The notes under the pieces are model-generated. The model worked only from the letters and a program-made list of their open reading frames with translations. It had not been told where the DNA came from and made no database searches. Positions 60,844-64,000 of a stretch of 64,000 nt of DNA are shown piece after piece. A program made the translations under genes and the position numbers. The first letter of the stretch is position 1, and every line of letters begins with the position of its first letter. Source of the stretch: Basidiobolus meristosporus CBS 931.73 (taxonomy: Eukaryota > Fungi > Basidiobolomycota); assembly GCA_002104905.1 (NCBI GenBank), contig MCFE01000215.1:62472-126471 (forward strand), given 5' to 3'.

Positions 60844-62020
60844 AAGTGCAAGTGGGATGGGCAGAAGTCTTGAAGTCAGGATGAAAGCCAGGAGTTGAGT
60901 ACTGCTTTGTAGAGAAGAAGATGTTAGCCAGCTGTTCTGTTGAAGGTAACTTCCTGGAAGAGGGCCTCATTGCCCTGTAGAGTCTTGATACTGTTCTTGT
61001 TATAGAGTTGGAAGATTGCAGAGGCAAGGAACTCATAATATGATCCCAGAGCTGAGTATGCAGAGTGTGGTGAATTGCCTTGGAGTGGTGTATTGCTGTC
61101 AGGAGGAGTTTCTCTGTTTTTGGGTTAGGGAAGCTCAGGTAGCTTTGTTGCAGGGCTGAAACAATGGATTCCCATTTTCTTGAGGTAACAGCAGTAGTCT
61201 TGCATGGCAGTGAGAGGGAGGCAGACACCAGAATCAGATGCTTCACAAAGAGCCAGGCAAAGTTGAGATCATCTGGCAGAGAAAGTAGCAAACTGGCAAG
61301 CTTCAAGTAGTTCCCAAAGTCATTCTTCTGATTCTTGGTAGCTTTGTGGGTGAGCACAGTAAGTTTTGGCAGCTTCTTCTTCACAACTGGTTGCATAGAA
61401 AGGGACCAGGCTGGGTGGTCAGAGGCTCTCAAGGATCCTAGCTCAGCTCCAGAGAATTGCTTAACTTCATTCACAAAGTAGAGGGCAGCAGCAGAAGGGC
61501 AGATCCAGTCAACACATCTTTTCTCAGATTGAGCACCTAGTGCTAGCAGGTGGCTTTCTCTCAGGAAGTTCAGTAGGAATGTAGACCTTGGCTTCATTCT
61601 TGCAGTCAGAGTAGTCTTGTTCTCAGGATGGGGAATGTTGAGATCTCCAAGCAAGATAACAGGTGTTGATATAGATTGTTGGTATTGCTGAACCTTCTGG
61701 CATATAACTTGCACTTCCTGAAGGGCTAGACTTGGAGGCAGATAGCAGAGCACCAGACTGATAGTTGGCAACTGGAGAGCAGCACAGTAAGGGGAGTAAA
61801 GAGGAACACAGAGCTGAGGAGTATTGATGGTAGAAGAGATGAAGCAGATAGAGGAGGTATTCTTTGTTCTAGGAGTAGAAAAGCAATATAGATTAGTCAA
61901 AAGTATAGAGGGTAGCTGGACATCAATCAAACACAGGAGGGAAAATCTTGACAGAAGTCTCTCTAGAGTTGGTCTTGATGGCTGTATGCTGTTGCAGTTA
62001 AGCAACAGAACTTCAGGTAG
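60842..62020 (-). CDS. ORF2 APE/EEP endonuclease part
   Basis: LNCNS, YLPP, ILLGDLN, VDWI, SDH. No ATG before the catalytic residues; begins right after the in-frame ORF1 TGA. Confidence 0.85.
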   Translation of the reverse strand, partial: LPEVLLLNCNSIQPSRPTLERLLSRFSLLCLIDVQLPSILLTNLYCFSTPRTKNTSSICFISSTINTPQLCVPLYSPYCAALQLPTISLVLCYLPPSLALQEVQVICQKVQQYQQSISTPVILLGDLNIPHPENKTTLTARMKPRSTFLLNFLRESHLLALGAQSEKRCVDWICPSAAALYFVNEVKQFSGAELGSLRASDHPAWSLSMQPVVKKKLPKLTVLTHKATKNQKNDFGNYLKLASLLLSLPDDLNFAWLFVKHLILVSASLSLPCKTTAVTSRKWESIVSALQQSYLSFPNPKTEKLLLTAIHHSKAIHHTLHTQLWDHIMSSLPLQSSNSITRTVSRLYRAMRPSSRKLPSTEQLANIFFSTKQYSTPGFHPDFKTSAHPTCT

Positions 62021-63529
62021 TCAGGCAGAGGTTGTAGCTTCTTCAGAGGCAGCATTAACAATGTGACCTGCAGAGTCCCAGAGCTCTTCAAATGGTGCAT
62101 CACTTAAGTCAGCAAGGAGGGAAATGGCATGGTTCTTGAGGAAGTATGCCACATCATAGGAGGGGGCTTGTCTCTTGATGGCAGCAAAGAAAGACAGAAT
62201 GGCAACATGGGCTGGAGGCTTGTTGAACAGTAGAGAGTCAGAGGATTCAGATTCTTCAGGCACTATCTTGAAGTCAGTTTTCAGCCAGTTAAGGTTCTTC
62301 TCCACAAAGGCAACAAATGGGTCAGCAATGTTTTGGTCTAGGATAACCTCCAGAATCTTCCCTTTTCTCCAGGCCAGGTTGACAATTCTTGAGAGCTGAA
62401 TATTGCATGCCTTGAGTGCTTTCCTGATGTTGGAAATGGGGGTCCAGGGAACTTGCTTCAAGTACACCACAGTCCAGGTAGAAGCTGGTGGTAGGTTTGC
62501 TGGGGGCTTGTAAGTCCTTCTGTGTTGCAATGGAGCTGCAGTAGTCAGATTGGAGTCCACATTCTCAGTAGAAGGTTTTCTTGATGTGTCTTGCTGAATA
62601 GTACTGGAGCTGGATGTGCTGATAATTCTTGCTAGAACCTTGCCTGCATAAGTCTGAGGTATAGCTGAGGTGACTGTAGAGGTGGTGGCAGCTGGTGCAG
62701 GTGGAGAGGCAGAGACTGAAGCAGGAACTGAGGTCACCTGGGAGAAGGCAGTAGAAGCAGGTTTTCTGGGAGGAACAGAGTTCACTATCCAGTTGTTCTG
62801 TAAAACACTGGAGTAGCTTTTCTGTGGAACAGGATCTTGCTCTTGAACAGGAACAGAAGCAGGAGGCTGGGGCTGAGCAGTAGTGGTAAGGCAGTGGCAC
62901 TCCAAGGAAGCTTTTTGCAAGGCATCTCTGGCAGTTTTCAGGGCAGTATTGGCTTCATTCTTGAGCTTCTTGCATTGGGCATCCAGTCTCTTGTTTTCAA
63001 TAGCCAGGGCAGTATTGGCAGCCTCTAAATCAGCAATTCTCTTCTCAATTGCAAGGAATCTCTGAAGAAATGCATCAGTAGAAGTGCTGGCATCTGGGAG
63101 AGCAGTGGCAGGAATAGAGTCCATTGACAGTGGGCTTCTTGGAGGCAAGGAAAGTGGACTGGCAGATTCAGGCACAAAAGGAGATATCCTGGCAGGAGGA
63201 GAAGGAGTATCCAAGGCAGTAACAGAGGCAATTCTTGTTGGTGAAGCAGCAGCAGGGGAGGCAAGCCTGTTCAGAAACTGGGCAGGAGAGAGTGCTTGAG
63301 GAGAGGGAGTCTTCAGCTTGCCAAGCATGTCTTCCATCAGAGTGATACCAATATTCCTGGTGCATTTGCAGAGAAAAGTAAGCTTCCTGAGTCTGCCAGC
63401 TCTTCCATTCCTTCTGATAGTTCCTTTGTTTCCACAGTTGGGGCAAGAAATCTTCTTGACAGACTTGTCAAAGCAATCAAGAACCTTCCTTTCAGGTGTA
63501 GTGGGCTCCTGTTGAGGTTTTGGTGGCAT
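62021..63529 (-). CDS. ORF1 Gag-like protein (502 aa)
   Basis: First ATG at 63529 (MPPKP). CPNC...CKC zinc ribbon, coiled coil, Pro/Ser-rich linkers and a conserved C-terminal domain. Confidence 0.88.
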   Translation of the reverse strand: MPPKPQQEPTTPERKVLDCFDKSVKKISCPNCGNKGTIRRNGRAGRLRKLTFLCKCTRNIGITLMEDMLGKLKTPSPQALSPAQFLNRLASPAAASPTRIASVTALDTPSPPARISPFVPESASPLSLPPRSPLSMDSIPATALPDASTSTDAFLQRFLAIEKRIADLEAANTALAIENKRLDAQCKKLKNEANTALKTARDALQKASLECHCLTTTAQPQPPASVPVQEQDPVPQKSYSSVLQNNWIVNSVPPRKPASTAFSQVTSVPASVSASPPAPAATTSTVTSAIPQTYAGKVLARIISTSSSSTIQQDTSRKPSTENVDSNLTTAAPLQHRRTYKPPANLPPASTWTVVYLKQVPWTPISNIRKALKACNIQLSRIVNLAWRKGKILEVILDQNIADPFVAFVEKNLNWLKTDFKIVPEESESSDSLLFNKPPAHVAILSFFAAIKRQAPSYDVAYFLKNHAISLLADLSDAPFEELWDSAGHIVNAASEEATTSA

Positions 63530-63598
63530 ATCCAGAGTTTCAGCTTCAAATTTCAATTTTTGAGATTTTTGGGTGATTTTTGATGGGCGGGATCAAAA

Positions 63599-63612
63599 TT
63601 AGGGTTAGGGTT
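63599..63612 (+). repeat. Telomeric repeat (TTAGGG)2TT
   Basis: Directly visible. Confidence 0.9.
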
Positions 63613-63654
63613 GCGCGCTGTGACTGCTTTTTACGATCGCAAGGTCAGATCCTA

Positions 63655-63856
63655 GGAAAAAATAAAAATAGTTAGTAAAGGTGATTTAATGGATGGATGG
63701 ATGGATTCGGAGTCAGATTCAATCAAAAAATCAAATCGTTGACTAATTTAAAGAGGGAAAAAATAAAAATAGTTAGTAAAGGTGATTTAATGGATGGATG
63801 GATGGATTCGGAGTCAGATTCAATCAAAAAATCAAATCGTTGACTAATTTAAAGAG
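63655..63856. repeat. 101-bp exact tandem duplication containing a GGAT microsatellite
   Basis: 63655-63755 equals 63756-63856. Confidence 0.92.
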
Positions 63857-64000
63857 GGGTTAGGGGGGGAGACAGTCACCAACAGGTGAAATCTTTATTT
63901 CAGTTGAAACAAAGAAGCCAGCGCTACTGTTGTAGCTTTGATACAAGAGTGTGTAGCTGAGGGGAATTTGTAGGTAAGTTAATAAGAAGTGATGATAGTT
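63857..64000 (-). mobile_element. 3' end of the next LINE subfamily 1 copy; runs off the window
   Basis: Matches 59184-59327. Confidence 0.92.

Larger units (their letters stand above)
59184..63856 (-). mobile_element. Full-length telomere-associated APE-type non-LTR retrotransposon, subfamily 1 (5' end either ~63598 or 63856)
   Basis: ORF1, endonuclease and RT in order; ~60-nt 3' UTR; no poly(A); ends in CCCCCCCTAACCC. Confidence 0.92.

Noticed and set aside
59251-62020. Penelope-like (Coprina/Athena) or RLE-type (MoTeR-like) identity
   Set aside because: The N-terminal APE-type domain and LINE-type RT motifs indicate an APE non-LTR element.

Overview
Eukaryotic, fungal-type DNA (TTAGGG telomere units, intronless fungal malic enzymes). 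The extreme retrotransposon load and CpG depletion suggest an early-diverging fungus with a large genome; this is inference and no taxon can be proven here. 1-43.6 kb is a nested transposon field: Ty1/copia copies (one intact, with TSD), a young self-priming Ty3 chromovirus, a second Ty3 family, a DDE_Tnp_4-type transposase and foldback elements. 43.6-53.4 kb is a CpG-rich host island with two divergently transcribed malic enzyme paralogues. One has a mitochondrial presequence, one lacks it, and they share an apparently identical 800-bp tract. The main find is 55568-64000, a head-to-tail array of nine co-oriented retroelement units, each joined through TTAGGG/GGGTAGGG and sharing one 3' hairpin module. 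It holds a full-length APE-type LINE, a diverged second LINE subfamily, a gag-only (HeT-A-like) element and tandem tRNA-derived SINEs. The orientation matches cDNA primed from the G-rich telomere strand, so this looks like a HeT-A/TART-like retrotransposon telomere system in a fungus. All alignments were done by eye.
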